Shown here: piece after piece, positions 41,212 through 55,820 of the stretch | Layout: the number at the start of each line of letters is the position of its first letter | Position numbering within the stretch: position 1 is the first letter of the stretch | NCBI GenBank assembly: GCA_964016885.1 | Contig: OZ024743.1 | Coordinates: 301,568,001-301,632,000 of the forward strand | Direction: 5' to 3' | Length of the DNA stretch: 64,000 bases | Origin: Eledone cirrhosa | Lineage: Eukaryota | Program-made: the position numbers and the translations under genes | The notes under the pieces: generated by a model | Seen by the model: only the letters and a program-made list of their open reading frames with translations | What the model was told of the DNA's origin: nothing | The model's database searches: none

Positions 41212-42725
41212 AATCTTAGACGGGAACAAAAACAGAGAGGCAGTACAAATAAGAGATTATTAGTTTCACGCTTTTGAGAGTGTGTGGGGGGAGGTTTCAA
41301 GCATAAGCCGTTCATCAGCAGAAAAGTGGGTAGGAAGAGAATTCCGAGGCTCTGTGGCGGAGTGGTGGAAAGACATTTACAAAGGGGGGGGGGGCGTGTA
41401 TGGAGGAAAAACGATTTAAGAAGTACACATAAAAATTAAAATAAACATAAAAATCAACAAGTGGTGGAAGGGTGTGAGGCGTGTCGGGTGGTGATGGGTG
41501 GAGTTGGGATAGGGAGGCGGGGGGTCAGAGCGGGGAAGGCTGAAGGTGGTGTTTGTGTATGTGTGTATGAGTACGTGTGTGTGTGTGTGTGTGTGTGCGT
41601 GTGTATGTGAAAGTGAGAGTTGGGGGAAGAACGGGTTCCATGTTCAGGAAAAGGTTTGTGCATGGGCGGGGTGTAAGTCGGTGTGTGCGTGCGTGTGGAT
41701 GGAGAGCGGTCATAAGGATGGGCAGGGGGATGATGGGGCGTGTGGATTCCGGACGCTGAGTGTGTATATGCGGGGATACGCATGTGTGTGTTTTTGTTTA
41801 TACGTGGTGTGGATGTAGGTGGCGTGGTTCGAAAAAAAATGTCAGTGTTTGTTCGTTGATAAGTTACTTAGGTAGTTCCGTGGAGTGTGCGATAGGTGGT
41901 TGGATATTTCTTATGTTATAGAGTGGATAGCTGGAACGATTACCGGTGGTGTGTAATCGATTAGTGGTGGTGGTCGGAAGAGGAGATATGTGGGGTGCGC
42001 GCGCAACAGGAGGTGGTCAGAAGGTCAAGGAAGAGTGAAGAGATAGCAGTAGAGGAGGATGACAGGTGAATAAATGGTCTGTATGTGGTGAGGACTGTGT
42101 GTCTGTGCGCGGACGTGCGATGGAGAGGTGTTAGAACGGGTAGGTATGAAAGTTGGTGGGCGAAGGTGGTGATGTAGGGTGATGTGGTGTATATTAGTGG
42201 AGGTGTTAGAGGGGTGTGTGTGTGAAGGGGTGTAGGTGGAGCGGGGAGATGGAGAGGGAGAGAAAAGGCGTTGGGGACGAAGGAGGGGGTGTAGTGTGCT
42301 GGTGTGTGTGTGCGCGTTTGGATGAATATGTGTGTGGTAGAGGGGGTGTTAGTGGGTGTTAGTATTACTGGTGGTGGAGAAAGGATTGAATGCAGGTGTG
42401 TAAGTGGGGGTTAGTGGTGGTTTGGTGTGTATAGTGGGTGATGTACGTAGGTGTGGGTGTGTGGGTGGGTAATTGTGTGGGGTCGGGGGGATGTTAGTGA
42501 TATTAGCTTTGGGGTGGTCGGAGTGGATGTGTGGGTGAGGGTCAGTGATGGTATGGGGGTGCGAGGATAGTGTGAGTACGTGTAACAGAGAGAGACAGAG
42601 AGAGAAAGAGAGGAAGAGAGTAAGTGAGAGAGAAACATAGATGTACAATTAGAATGATATAATACATAGAGAAAAAGGGTGAAAGCGAGTGAGAGAGAGT
42701 GAGGTGGAGATAGTGAACCAACCAT
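41208..42725 (-). repeat. Strongly G/T-skewed low-complexity repeat, possibly a Penelope-like 3' region with a degenerate hammerhead core at ~41263-41318
   Basis: Reverse complement CTGATGA-ACGGCTT...AAGCGT-GAAAC near the (TA)n-abutting end; stem I not recoverable. Confidence 0.4.
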
Positions 42726-45269
42726 TTATTTAATTAGTGCATTATCAAGCGAAATGTCGCAGACATATTCGGCTCTCGCCAGATTTCCTTTCAGAGACTT
42801 GAGAGTCAGAGTGAACACCACAATGTCGTTCTATATCACACTGTAATAGTTATTAGAAGCCTTCAGTGATATATAAATTATATAGATAACCTGTCTGATC
42901 CTACGAATCTTATATAACATTGAAATTACAGATATTTACGTTTCACAATATATTTGAATGAATAATATTGATTTGTCCTTGTTTCGCCACAAGCTAGATC
43001 TGATCAAGTAAATTATTATTGAAATATTTCCAGCCGTCACCATCTAAATCTATATTTTGGAATGTTTCTTCTTGTTTCACAGGAAATTGAAAGATCACAA
43101 TGATACGTCTAACATGTCTAGCAACTTCATATGCATGTTTTCCTTAACCCACGAAAAGTAAAATAATAAATGTAGGCAGCAATGTGAGGATACTTACCGG
43201 TTTAATAATGCAAAGCAGCTGAATATATCATAGCGGATTGGCACGTGGAAGCGCCCCGTAACATGAGGGAAACATGAATTTTGGATTTGCTAAATACACC
43301 TTTATAATGTCTATTGACGCCTGTTACATCTGGTGCTCGAAGGTGTTAGTGCTCATATAATCACTATGAACAATGATAGCATTCGGCTTACTTGCATTTA
43401 CACAATAAAGAAATCATTTCAATATAGTAACTATGAAACTATGTATCAGTAATATGTGTATAAATGTAACTATAAACTAGTGTATATATTATTTTATTAG
43501 CGGAATAAATCAAGCAACGCATTGTTTTGCAGTATCTTACACTGGATAATGTATCAGATGGAGATGGATATCTATATGGTATACCATTTCCTCTTTTTGC
43601 TACCATAGACTGACCTTCTAATCAAAACATCAATAGAATATATCTGCTAAGCTATTATTCGCTGGTTCAATATACTGTGAGTATAAGTTTTAGACCCAAC
43701 AGTGAAATCACTGTGTAAGAAAGTATAGCTAGATTATACAACATATTTTATTTCCTATACCATGTGAGATATAAGGGAAGCCAGTGTCACATTCTTCTAT
43801 AACTCATTTGTGCCCCGGTGATAATCGAAAGTTACAATCAACTCTAAATTATATGTAAAAATGTATATGTAGAAAACCTTAGAAATATATACGTATAGAG
43901 AAGAATCGTGTGTGCGTAGGTGAAGGGGAAGACGAGAGTTACGATTAGAATTATAATCAGATTACGAAGTAGAATTAGTACAATTAAGGTGAACGGTCAC
44001 ATGACTTCAGAGTATGAAGCTTGTTGCTGGCTTAGTATGGGGTAATTGTCAATGAGAACGTTCGGATCTGGAATTCTTTAGACTTCGTTGTACTTGGTTT
44101 GGCAAACATGTTACCAGTCGGAGTACGAGTCTACCTACTTCGATGAGCCACAGTGTAGATTATATTTCCAATTCCTATGTACCAACGAAAGATGGAATTT
44201 TATCTTGTCTTCGTGTTCCGCAATTATTTGCCGGTTATAGTTGTGCACTGTTTTCCCCTGTGCTGGATCCATGCGTTCAGTGCGGCCAGTTTGTAAAGTG
44301 TTTGTTCACTCTGTTGAGTAGTTGGCGCTTCATGTTGTCACTTACCGTTTCAGCTATGCTGTTGTTTCCCACATTGGAAATATTGTCTTTGAGGATATAT
44401 CACCAAAGACAGTAAGTCTTTTCATTTTTCCGTGAGAGGCCATGTTCTTTATATACGTTATTAGAAGTGCTAGGTCTCATGAATTTTCTTAGTGTTCTGC
44501 TCGATATGCTAGATCATTGTGACACATTTAATTTCTTTGTTATCTGGTCTCGTTCTCTCTCACCTTCGCGTTGTATTCATCTGGTTACTAAAACCAAAAG
44601 CACACATAACATCACACTTTTGAAACAGCCGGCAGCTTATAGATTTCCTCTGCAAAATAAGCAAAATGACACTGAAGAAAAAGAGACATGCTTCCATTAT
44701 AAATGTATACTCAGTGTACGCGAGCGACCATAAGCATACGCGATACACTTAGTCCTCACATGTTTGCATAATAATAGACTCTGTCACGCTGTAGACTTCC
44801 TGCTAGCAAGTTCAACTCTCTATGGGAATTTGGTCCTGTCATCATGTTTTTATCTTTCATTTATAGAAATACTATGTACCAGCAATGCACTGCCATCCGA
44901 TGGTATCCTATATTTGAGGACAAACCTAAGCATGAATACCCTAGAACAACGAGCACTAGATTCCGGTTAATATATCAAATATAGCGGGGATATGAAGACG
45001 ATTGATTACAGATTACACGTTAATGATGCATTCAGTTCATGAGAACAGTTTTACGACATTGAACATCCATCAGGTGATCGCTCCCTGATTCTGTTTGATT
45101 TAACACTATTTTTCAGTTAAGATAAAACAGAAGAGGTTATTTGCGAAGTAGAGGAATTCTATTTCTATGTCCGATGTCCATGCCGATTTCAATTCTCATT
45201 ATCCATGTCCACTACTCATCCATACACAACTCTCATCTCCTAAGCAAATAATAAAACACAACGTGCGCC

Positions 45270-45680
45270 ATTTTAAACAATTATATTTATGACAATCATT
45301 TTCTCATAATGACTTTCACCTCTGGATTAGAAAGCTAGAGAATAACTCCCCTCCTATTGACATGGAAATCCCCCTTTCTGAAGCCCTCCCTCCTGGCTCA
45401 GAAGCACCATGGGTCCATTGGAAGACACTCAACTGCATGAGAACAGGAATGGGGTGATCAACAGATTCTATGGCCCGATGTGCCTACAAGACCGGCCCAA
45501 CCATCTGGAATGCAGAGACGAGAACCATACAATGCAACCCTGCTTTATTTGCTCTCTACTACCCAAGCATTGCAGCTTAACAGATCTCGCAGAATTTAAT
45601 AATAATGCAAAGGATTGTGTAAATAAATGGGAAACTGTCATATAACCACATGCTTCGAAGATACGAAAAGAAGAAGAAGC
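45270..45680 (+). mobile_element. Vingi/Ingi-like LINE 3' fragment
   Basis: EALPPGSEAPWVHWKTLNCMRTGMG, then EC..ENHTMQ...C.LLPKHCSLTDLAEFN..AK.CV.KW, ending in GATACGAAAAGAAGAAGAAG. Clade assigned from recalled motifs. Confidence 0.6.
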
Positions 45681-46155
45681 TCTACATATGCCACACTCAT
45701 TAGGTGACGTCTATCCATCTCATCATATTACTTTCCCCAAATGTCTGGATTACTTATGCATCTAATACATAACCAAATATATAGCATATATATATTTGAG
45801 ACAATATATTTTATATCCTGCCTAAACCTCAGACATAAGCATAAGACAGGTATATGCCTAAGGCACTTTCATTAGAATAGTGAATTCCAATTATAAGAAC
45901 ATTAACAGATCTCCTTTGCTGCGGGAGAAACCCAGACAATTGGCATGCTCAGACACAGGAGCTCTTCACAAAATATTTTACGAAAGATATATGATATTAA
46001 CCATCCACCGGGAAGGAAAGGTCGATAGAATTTTCTCCACGTGCGCTCAATATATAAGGATCAGAGAAAACAACCAAGCAGTTGCAGAGAAAATTTAAGC
46101 TCCTCATTAAACACATGAAGGAGCTCTGGCATGTATGCATTACACATTAGGACTA

Positions 46156-46960
<805 letters not shown>

Positions 46961-47397
46961 TTATCTGTTTATGTATTTATTTTTTTTTGTTTATCTTCTT
47001 CTCTGCGCATGCGTTTGCGTGTGTGTATAGTGTTTGGGTGATTAAATAAAGATGGCGTAGATATACAATACAAGAGGAGGACATAATAATAGCACCACTG
47101 ACGATGTTGCAGATGTGCAACGAAAGAACTTTGTTAGACTATATATATGTTTTTGTGTATATATTATATCTGTATTTTTTTACATTTGGTCAGTCAATGG
47201 TAAACATTGAGAACTGAATAAATTAACTGATATAAAATATAGAGAAGCGAAAACCAACGAAACAGTAAGTGTGTTCTGTTATTAATTCTGGCAATATTAT
47301 TAGAGCAATATGAACCTCCCCAAGTATAACAATATTGTTTCGACACCGATTTCATATCTAATAACCTGCGCAAACAATATATATATATATATATATA

Positions 47398-47745
47398 TTA
47401 GAAAGTGAGGTTTTTTTACAAAATGAAAAATAACCGAGGTGTCCTACACGAGTGAAAGTATAAAGAAAAATAGATGAAATCGAAAATGTAACTGGAGTCT
47501 TATTTTTAAAAAATATATATATATTTATTTGGTTCCTTTACCGGTTTCGCAGTTCTTTTGCTTTTCAAAAGGTGAGTTGAGATGGAGGGTCTGTGGTGTT
47601 TCTCACATCTGATGTGAGAAAAACCACAGACCCTCCATCTCAACTCACCTTTTGAAAAGCAGAAGAACTGCGAAATAGGTAAAGGAACCAAATAAATATA
47701 TATATTTATTTTTTTAAATAAGACTCCAGTTACATTTTCGATTCC
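47398..47745. repeat. Foldback made from the terminus of the Penelope-like element at 24340-24560
   Basis: 47398-47610 matches 24340-24550. Hairpin centred at ~47610. TTGAAAA hammerheads at 47535-47572 (-) and 47648-47685 (+). Confidence 0.88.
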
Positions 47746-47799
<54 letters not shown>

Positions 47800-47925
47800 T
47801 ATATATAGAGAGAGAGAGAGAGTGTGAGAGAGAGAGAGAACTAACTGTTGTGTAACGTCGTCTACCTAACTCGTCCCATGGACTGAGTGCTCTACCACTA
47901 CGGTTACTACCTTCCAGTGTTCCAC

Positions 47926-47999
<74 letters not shown>

Positions 48000-48989
48000 A
48001 TGTGAGTGAATCAGTGAGTGTATGTGGGTGTGTGAGTGTAGGGGGCGGGTTATTCGGTTGTGTGCGTCTTGGTCGGCGTATATGTCATTTTACAAGTGGT
48101 GTTATCCCCATGAAAGAAATAAATTACTTACTCGAATTAATCTTAACTATAATAAAGGAAGGTCTACGGGATTGTATCCAGAATATATTTATTTACCCTT
48201 TTGTAAAATAAGTTGGATTACTTTGAATAAATAATGAATAAATATTACATAATTCATGTGCTAAATTTCGTGGCTGTTGATTAAATATATTTCATAGCTT
48301 TATCTTTAAAATTCACTTCTTTAAAATTATCAAATGTCAACACTTCCTGTTAGCGGCCGTTATATTATAACACATATAATCGCATATATTTCCGTCGCTA
48401 ATTTTCTCCTAATGCATTTTATATATAAGGTCGTATTTTTTTTTATATTTCATGGATTACTGATTACAAAAACAGTGCAACATAGGCTTTGTTCAATTTC
48501 TGTGTATATTGTCAATTACAATTTCATTTGAGGTATCATATTTACATGCATATATATTTGTGTATAATATCAATATACACACAACACATGCTGGCAGAAA
48601 ACTACACGTGGAAACGAATTATTTGATATTCTACTTCCAAATATACCACACACTAAAAGTATTGCAATGTAGGATGCCATTTCAAATGTTTGTTTGTTAA
48701 AAACAGAGACGTTATTATTGAAACTTTTTATGTTATAATTGTAGATGGAGAGGGACACGTGGTATTCCACGTAAGTAAAACCTGTATAATATTTGTATAA
48801 TCATGCATATTCCATTCAATGATTCTCTCTCCTTCACTGCCATCTCTCACACTCACACACGCAAAGAAACGTTCAATCGTAAATATATATATATATGTAT
48901 ATATCTTCGTATATACAATATGTTGTACCAATATAAGAAACGCCTACGAATGAAATACTTTGTGCTTGTTGTTGTTGTTGGTGGTGGTG

Positions 48990-49680
48990 GTATTCTTCTT
49001 CTTCTTCTTCTTCTTCTTCTTCTTCTACTACTACACGCACGTATTCCTAGGAGTGTCGTTGGAGCAGATTCCTCAAACACTTCTTCCAGATGGTCCTGTC
49101 ATAAGCACCCGTCTCTAACTGATGCATCTGGATCCCCAAGCACGACCAGCCAATCTCATGGATGTTATCCAATCATCTTGCACCTGGTATACACCTGGAT
49201 CACCTACCTGGTGGTTTCGACCGTAAAATCTGTCCAGCGTTATATTCCCTAGACAATCTAATCACTTGCCCATAGTATCCGAGCTGTAATATATCAATTT
49301 GAAGAAGTAGACACTCTGGTTTCGAAGTTACGCACTTTATCGAGTAACGTTACTCCAAAGACCTTTCGGTGGGATCCCATTTCGGCCGCTTGTTTTCGCG
49401 ATCGTATTCTTTCGGTCATTACCCAAGTTATATGACCATATTTAAGGGTTGGCACGAAAACCGTATTGAAGACAGCGAGTTTGGCTTTTACAACTACTCC
49501 CAGCTTTTGCAGTGTTTGCACTTAATTCAGCCTCCAGTCTTCCATCACTCTTGAACACGTCCCTGAGGTACCTGAATTCTCTACCTGCTTCAGGAGAACT
49601 CATCTTTAGCGTGATTTAGGCATGCGTCTTTGAGCGGAAGTGTGCCTCAGTTTTCGCAGCACTGTTTTCATGGCAGTCAT
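48990..49680 (-). mobile_element. RTE-clade LINE 3' fragment with (GAA)n tail
   Basis: KAKLAVFNTVFVPTLKYGH.TW...RKQAAEM...RKVFGVTLLDKVRN; upstream ENFRYLG-like motif. Confidence 0.75.
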
Positions 49681-49684
49681 GTGA

Positions 49685-49830
49685 AGGCGCGTGGCTTAGT
49701 GGTTTGAGCATTGGGCTTGCAATCGAAAGGTGGTGAGCTCAATTCTCGGACTGGATGAGGTGTTGTTTCCTTGAGTAAGACACTTTAATACGGGTTGCTC
49801 CAGTTTACTCAGCTGTAGAAATGAGATGAT
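49685..49830 (+). mobile_element. tRNA-derived SINE
   Basis: A box TGGCTTAGTGG, B-box-like GAGCTCAATTC, central GTGTTGTTTCCTTGAGTAAGACACTTTA...TTGCTCCAG. Confidence 0.7.
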
Positions 49831-50490
49831 AGGACTGTGGTCCCTATCATTAAATTACGCAATACACCACCAACGAGACATACCCTGGGGCAGGCTAGCT
49901 AAAGCTGCATATGTTTGAGCTGTCACACACACGTACATATATGTATTGTATTTTCTGTAAATATGAATGTGTGTCCAAATGTATGTAAGCTTGCGCATAT
50001 AAATATGACTATTTCAGTGAAACATTAGCCACATATTTACATCAATGCATATATATATCAAAATATATACATATTTATTTCGATAGATTTCAGGTTATAT
50101 GAAAATATCTCCTAATGAAAGACACTGTGTAATTGTCTGTCTGAGCGTACATATATTGATGTTTGTGTGATGTACATCTATGGATATATCAGAGAGATAT
50201 GTACATGATAGCCGCAATAGTAATAAAAATAATGGCAACATAAATACGTGCATTGAGAGTAATATTTACTTATTTAAAGAGAAGAAGAAGAAGAAGAAGA
50301 AGAAGAAGAAGAAGAAGAAGAAGAAGAAGAAGAAGAAGAAGAAGAAGAAGAAGAAGAAGAATATATATATATATGTATAAATGTGTGTGGACTACATGTG
50401 TGTAGACGTATGTGTGGGCGTGTTGGTGGGTGTATATATATGTATTTGTATGTGTATCTGTGTATGTATACATATATGTGTAGATGTGCA

Positions 50491-50550
<60 letters not shown>

Positions 50551-51163
50551 CATGTATATATACGGGTGCGTTTATATGTGTGCGTCTGTGTATATGCGTG
50601 CGTAAATACACGCGCGTGTGTGCGTGTGTTACTATCTGTGTGCATGTATTCGTATATTTATTTGACTCTATCTGTGTGTGAACGTAAGCACACAAGCTAC
50701 TGTTTATGTATCTGTCAGTATATGTGTGTTTGTGCGCTGTTGTGACCTGACAAACAGCAGTAATGTTGCCGACGGCGCAGTGAGTGAGTGACAGATCACG
50801 CCTTCACGGTCAGCGGGCTGTTACAAGTGGTCAGAATAATGATGACATCAATAACCAGGGACCAACACAAGGACGCGGAAAGCGGATGTAGGTGGACGAT
50901 ATAGGCTTGTGGGGCCAGAAAACCCCAGAAAGAGGATATGATCCGAAATCAATAGACGTGTCCGAGGAACCTGCGAGTCTAGCTTCAGGTAGATCCACAC
51001 ACAGATCGCACCTCGAGCTGATCGCCAGGGAAACAATTGTAACATAAAATAAACTGAGTTTCGATGCATCACTGAAATTTCGTTTTCCATTCTATAATAC
51101 TCTGCTCCGTATGAGCATAGCCTGATCAACCGGCATACCGCCTATGGAGGCAGCTTAGCTACC

Positions 51164-51194
<31 letters not shown>

Positions 51195-51202
<8 letters not shown>

Positions 51203-52007
51203 AGAATTAATATCTAGTAACATATATATACATACAGATGCATATCAATGCTAGCAAATATATAGGTTTTGTCTTAGTAACTTTGTGGTTCAATGCATGG
51301 GGTTGCAGAACAATAATATGAGAGATGTAAAATAAGAAAATTATAAAATTTAACTTACTTACTGAAATATCACTTCCAACTAATTAGTTTCTGAAATGGA
51401 ATAAATATATTTTCCGAAGAAAACATAGAGAATCATTTCGTCGTCAGTAAGTTAATTTTATAATTTTCTTATTTTACATCTCTCATATTATTGTTGTTCT
51501 GCAACCCCATGCATTGAACCGCAACGTTACTAAGACAAAACCTATATATTTGCTAGCATTGATATGCATCTGTATGTATATATATGTTTCTGGATATTAA
51601 TTCTTTATAATTATCTCCAAATTATTTGTCCAGCAATATTGGCCATGACTGCTGCTATGGTAGCAGGCGGGCCGCTGTCTTATTAGCGATCCACTTTCCA
51701 CTGATTGACCTCGATGTCACGTGATTGATTCTTTTTGAATTTGCCACCGACGCAGAGGCAGTGCATTTCTCAATGGCTAGGAATTCAGTCCACGCTTTGC
51801 TATTTTCTATCCACTGAATTATTTTTGAATAAGTTTCCAGAGTCCACGCTTTGCCTGGATACTTAGATGAGAATAGTCTTCCCTGACGACGAAATGATTA
51901 TATATGTTTTCTTCGGAAAATATATTTATTGCATTTCAGAAACTAATTAGTTGGAAGTGATATTTTAGTAAGTAAGTTAATTTTATAATTTTCTTATTTT
52001 ACATCCG

Positions 52008-52010
<3 letters not shown>
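51195..52010. mobile_element. Foldback plus ~525 nt permuted unit with a hammerhead at 51878-51957
   Basis: 51195-51358 is the reverse complement of 51448-51612; 51360-51447 is the reverse complement of 51883-51970. CTTCC-CTGACGA-CGAAATG...CATTTCA-GAAA-CTAATTAG-TT-GGAAG. Relative at 5245-5395. Confidence 0.83.
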
Positions 52011-52059
<49 letters not shown>

Positions 52060-52069
52060 TGGCTGCCAA

Positions 52070-52535
52070 CTCGTTTTCGAGTACGGCCACTACATTATAT
52101 CCATGTAGGAGAATCGAGAGAGATCTCCAGATATAAAGCAATGCCTGTGCCGTGAAGCTTTTATAGTGAGCAAAGGCTCTGCACAAAGCCAGTCCCACTC
52201 TCTTAACCAAGATGATATTTACCAAAAAGAAGAACAAGTGAACATCATTGGATACCATCAGGGTTGCAGGTGTTGTATCAGAGTTTTCATTCTCCTAGAA
52301 TTGTATCTTGACAAAGGCTAAGGGGTCATCTCTCCCGGTGATTTCGGATGGCCATTGACTCTTAAGAGCTCCTTTGCCATTTGACAGGTTTTGTTTTTAG
52401 TCCTGCAGGATGTCCAAAGTCACCCTCCTCACCAAGAAATATTGGTGGAGTTGCCAGTTTAGTCGCCAACGACCCGACCATGAGACAGATTGTACTGGGA
52501 TACATGTTACCAGTAGCACCAACTGGTGACATGAC

Positions 52536-52537
<2 letters not shown>
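52070..52537 (-). mobile_element. RTE-like 5'UTR-derived repeat with partial HDV-like ribozyme fold
   Basis: Reverse complement TAGCCTTTGTCAAGATACAATTCTAGGAGAATGAAAACTCTGA resembles RTE 5'UTRs. The 5' end has CCAGT...ATC-TGTCTCAT-GGT...GG-CGA-CTAA-ACTGG. Confidence 0.45.
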
Positions 52538-52599
<62 letters not shown>

Positions 52600-52602
<3 letters not shown>

Positions 52603-53340
52603 TTGGGGAGGGTCATATTTGTGTAATATTGCCAGAATTAATAACAGAACAGACTCACTGTTTGGTTGGTTTTCACTTCTAGCTTCTGTGTCTTTTATAT
52701 CGGTAATCTAACTTACTCGGTCCTCACTGTTGCCATTGACTGACCGACGATCAAAAATAATACAGATACAATATAGACACAAACACATATATATAGTTTA
52801 TCATAAATCTTTCGTTGCACATCTGCAACATCGTCAGTGGTGTTATCGTTTCCTCCTGTTGTATTATATGTCTACGCCATTTTTATTCAGTCTGTCTATA
52901 TATTTATTTATTTATTTGCTTGTTTGTTTATTTTATTTTGTCTTCTTTGCGCATGCGTTTGCGTGTGCGTATAGTGTTTTGTTTGCTGGGTGATGGGTGA
53001 CTAGTGTGTGTTTATGTGCTTGTTGTTATTGTGTTTGTGTATGTATTTATTTATTTATTTATTTATTTATTTATTTTATTTTATTTTATTTACTTATTTA
53101 TACTTCTGTTAGGTCAGTGTTGTTTTTGTGGGTGTTGTTGTTATTCCATTCATTCTTTCTGTTTAGTCTTGGCCTTCTAATTTCTATTTCACTGGCCTCT
53201 CTGATTTGCCTATCTGCTGTGTCATTTCTATGTTTAGATATTATTCTAATTTCTATGTTGTCTATGTTACCGTCATGTTGTTGTCTAGCATGTTCGTATA
53301 GTACTGACCCGTTTTTTCGTCCTTTTAGTTCCCCCAGTAG
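52600..53340 (-). mobile_element. Penelope-like 3' fragment (same family as 3540-5130)
   Basis: GELKGRKNGSVLYEHARQQH...DRQIREASEIEIRRPRLNRKNEW; non-coding end matches 4560-5120. Confidence 0.85.
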
Positions 53341-53536
53341 ACCTATAAGAGGTACACCTGGCATATCAGAGTATTGACAAAATTATACACCTGAACAACA
53401 TATGTACTTGTCTATACCACAATAATTCGGACTGCCTGAAGAGGTCACATCCAAAGATGGCTGTCATCGAAATATATATAGCCGTAATAAACGAAGCTAA
53501 ATTTTAAACATTTGACTTGTTTATTCTATTTTATTT

Positions 53537-53604
<68 letters not shown>

Positions 53605-53639
53605 GTATATATAATAGATATATATATTAATATCCAGAG

Positions 53640-53683
<44 letters not shown>

Positions 53684-54026
53684 CTGTGTTGTGGTGGGGG
53701 ACGTGACAGATGAGTGCGTAACATGTCTGAGCTCAGGATATATCAAATTGCAATATATCTGTTCCTATTTAAAATAACACAATGCCTGTCTTTGAAATTT
53801 AGAAGTATTGCATGTTATTTACTTTTAACAACTAGCATGATAAATGTATGACTATCATACAATTCCATTATTTATTGCGTCAGAATATGTAGTGGTGTTT
53901 AATGGTGTTTAATTTCTTTGTCATATTTTGTTACGAGAAGGAAATAAATTAGTACATTCCTATTAATCATATTTGCCTTCTTTCATTACCCAGTCGATGA
54001 TTTGAATGGACATGAACGACACAAAC

Positions 54027-54027
<1 letters not shown>

Positions 54028-54058
<31 letters not shown>

Positions 54059-54265
54059 ATGTTTGGCACGATCACCGAATTGAAGATACAGAATTCGGAT
54101 ACAACACTTACCTCCTTTCGTCTGATTACCGGATACTAAAGCTGGCTGAGTACTACCCAAGCTCCTGCTATTTTTTGCACGTAATTGAGTCTTCTGCCTT
54201 CCATCAGTCATGAACAACACCCCGAGATACTTGAACCTGCTTCTGTGGAACTTCATTCCCATGTA
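54028..54265 (-). mobile_element. Deleted RTE LINE remnant with (GAA)n tail
   Basis: RFKYLGVLFMTDGR motif; (CTT)n at 54028-54056. Confidence 0.5.
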
Positions 54266-55389
54266 GAGTGCACTGAGCAGGCTTCATTAGAGGATGAATG
54301 TCTCGGTTTTCACAGCACTCATTTTCTTTCCAGCTAGGCAGCAGTCGGCATCTATATTTCGAAAATAAGGTATTGTGATCCCACCAGTAGTCGTTCATCA
54401 CTTAGATAAACGTAATATATGACTGCATCATTTTATGGGTATTTATCAATCTCGTGTAACATGTTCATAAATCCCAAGCAGGTTGAATTTGTTTCCATTG
54501 TGAGAAATCTCGACAATGTTAGACGAAAGGTGTTCGGCGACCAAAAGCAGTAGGAATGAGTTTTTTGTAAAATATCAATCAGTTTATGTATTAGAGAATC
54601 CGAAGATGCATTGATATAACAGTAATTATTCCTGATCACCAGCTCTCAATTTACGAATATAGAAATGAGTTTGTACTAAATTGCATATTTGTTTACATTA
54701 TAAGTAACGTTCATCAATACTCTGAAAAGAAAAGTTGAGCGAAGCCCGATGAATTCATGCAAAATAACGAAAACCTTCAGATACAATCTAGGATATTAAA
54801 AACGACATTATAATCCTAATTCTACAAGGAAAAGCAATGTGTGCTAATATGCGTATTTCTTTCACACATACACAACTTACTTAGCCATTCGTAACCCAAG
54901 CTCTATCGGAGCGCAATTAAATTAATATTAGAAATATACGAGATCCTGTGTAATTTTCAGTAATAATTTCCACTTGCTTAGCACTAGTCTTCGAAGTATA
55001 TTTCTCCCACATGTGATTATTTCTTCATTTAATTGTACCTTTGGAATAATACCGTCGTTTGTTACAGATTTCCACCAAGACTCAATATTTCACTGCATTT
55101 ATGCTCGTGAGAGTAGCTGGAATTGCCTCTGAAAATGGAGAAGAATAAACCTCCCAAATGAAATCGGCAGAAAACAAAATGTAGTGTTTTTTTGTTGTGA
55201 TTTTTCCATGTTTCTCAGAGAGACATAAATAATTATACACGAACCCACATAACCACGCGTGCGTACACATACTCATGCACACCCATATTTAAAAGAGGGG
55301 ATTGACCTTGAAATATCGTGCTAAAATAAACTGGGTAAGACATTACTTTCATTTGTTTTATTTCGTTTTTCATTATTTCTACTGTGTAA

Positions 55390-55580
55390 GGTGGTGGATT
55401 GGCAGTATCGGTAGAGTGTCAGCCGCCATTCTTTGCAACAAATCCCGCCGAGGTTAACTTTGCCTTTCATCCTTACGACGTCGAGGAAATAAAGTACCAT
55501 TAATGCACTGGTTTCAATTAATCGACTCCCCCCACCCCTCCCAACTTTCTGGCCTTATGTCTAAAGTAGAAACAATTATA
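55390..55580 (+). mobile_element. tRNA-headed SINE (same family as 23715-23880)
   Basis: GGTGGATTGGCAGTATCGGTAGAG...AATCCCGCCGAGGTTAACTTTGCCTTTCATCCT...AAAGTACC. Confidence 0.75.
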
Positions 55581-55652
55581 CGAACTGTCTACTTCTCTGC
55601 CGCAGTTTACAGGCTTTTAAAAATGACAGGTCTTTTGGTTTCTCTCTTACAC

Positions 55653-55763
<111 letters not shown>

Positions 55764-55765
55764 TA

Positions 55766-55820
<55 letters not shown>

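Noticed and set aside
43990-45260. Moderately GC-rich region that may be a decayed retroelement
   Set aside because: No diagnostic motif recovered in any frame by eye.
50738-51165. GC-richer block with TG...CA ends and AATAAA, possible solo LTR
   Set aside because: No convincing TSD, PBS/PPT or second copy in the window.
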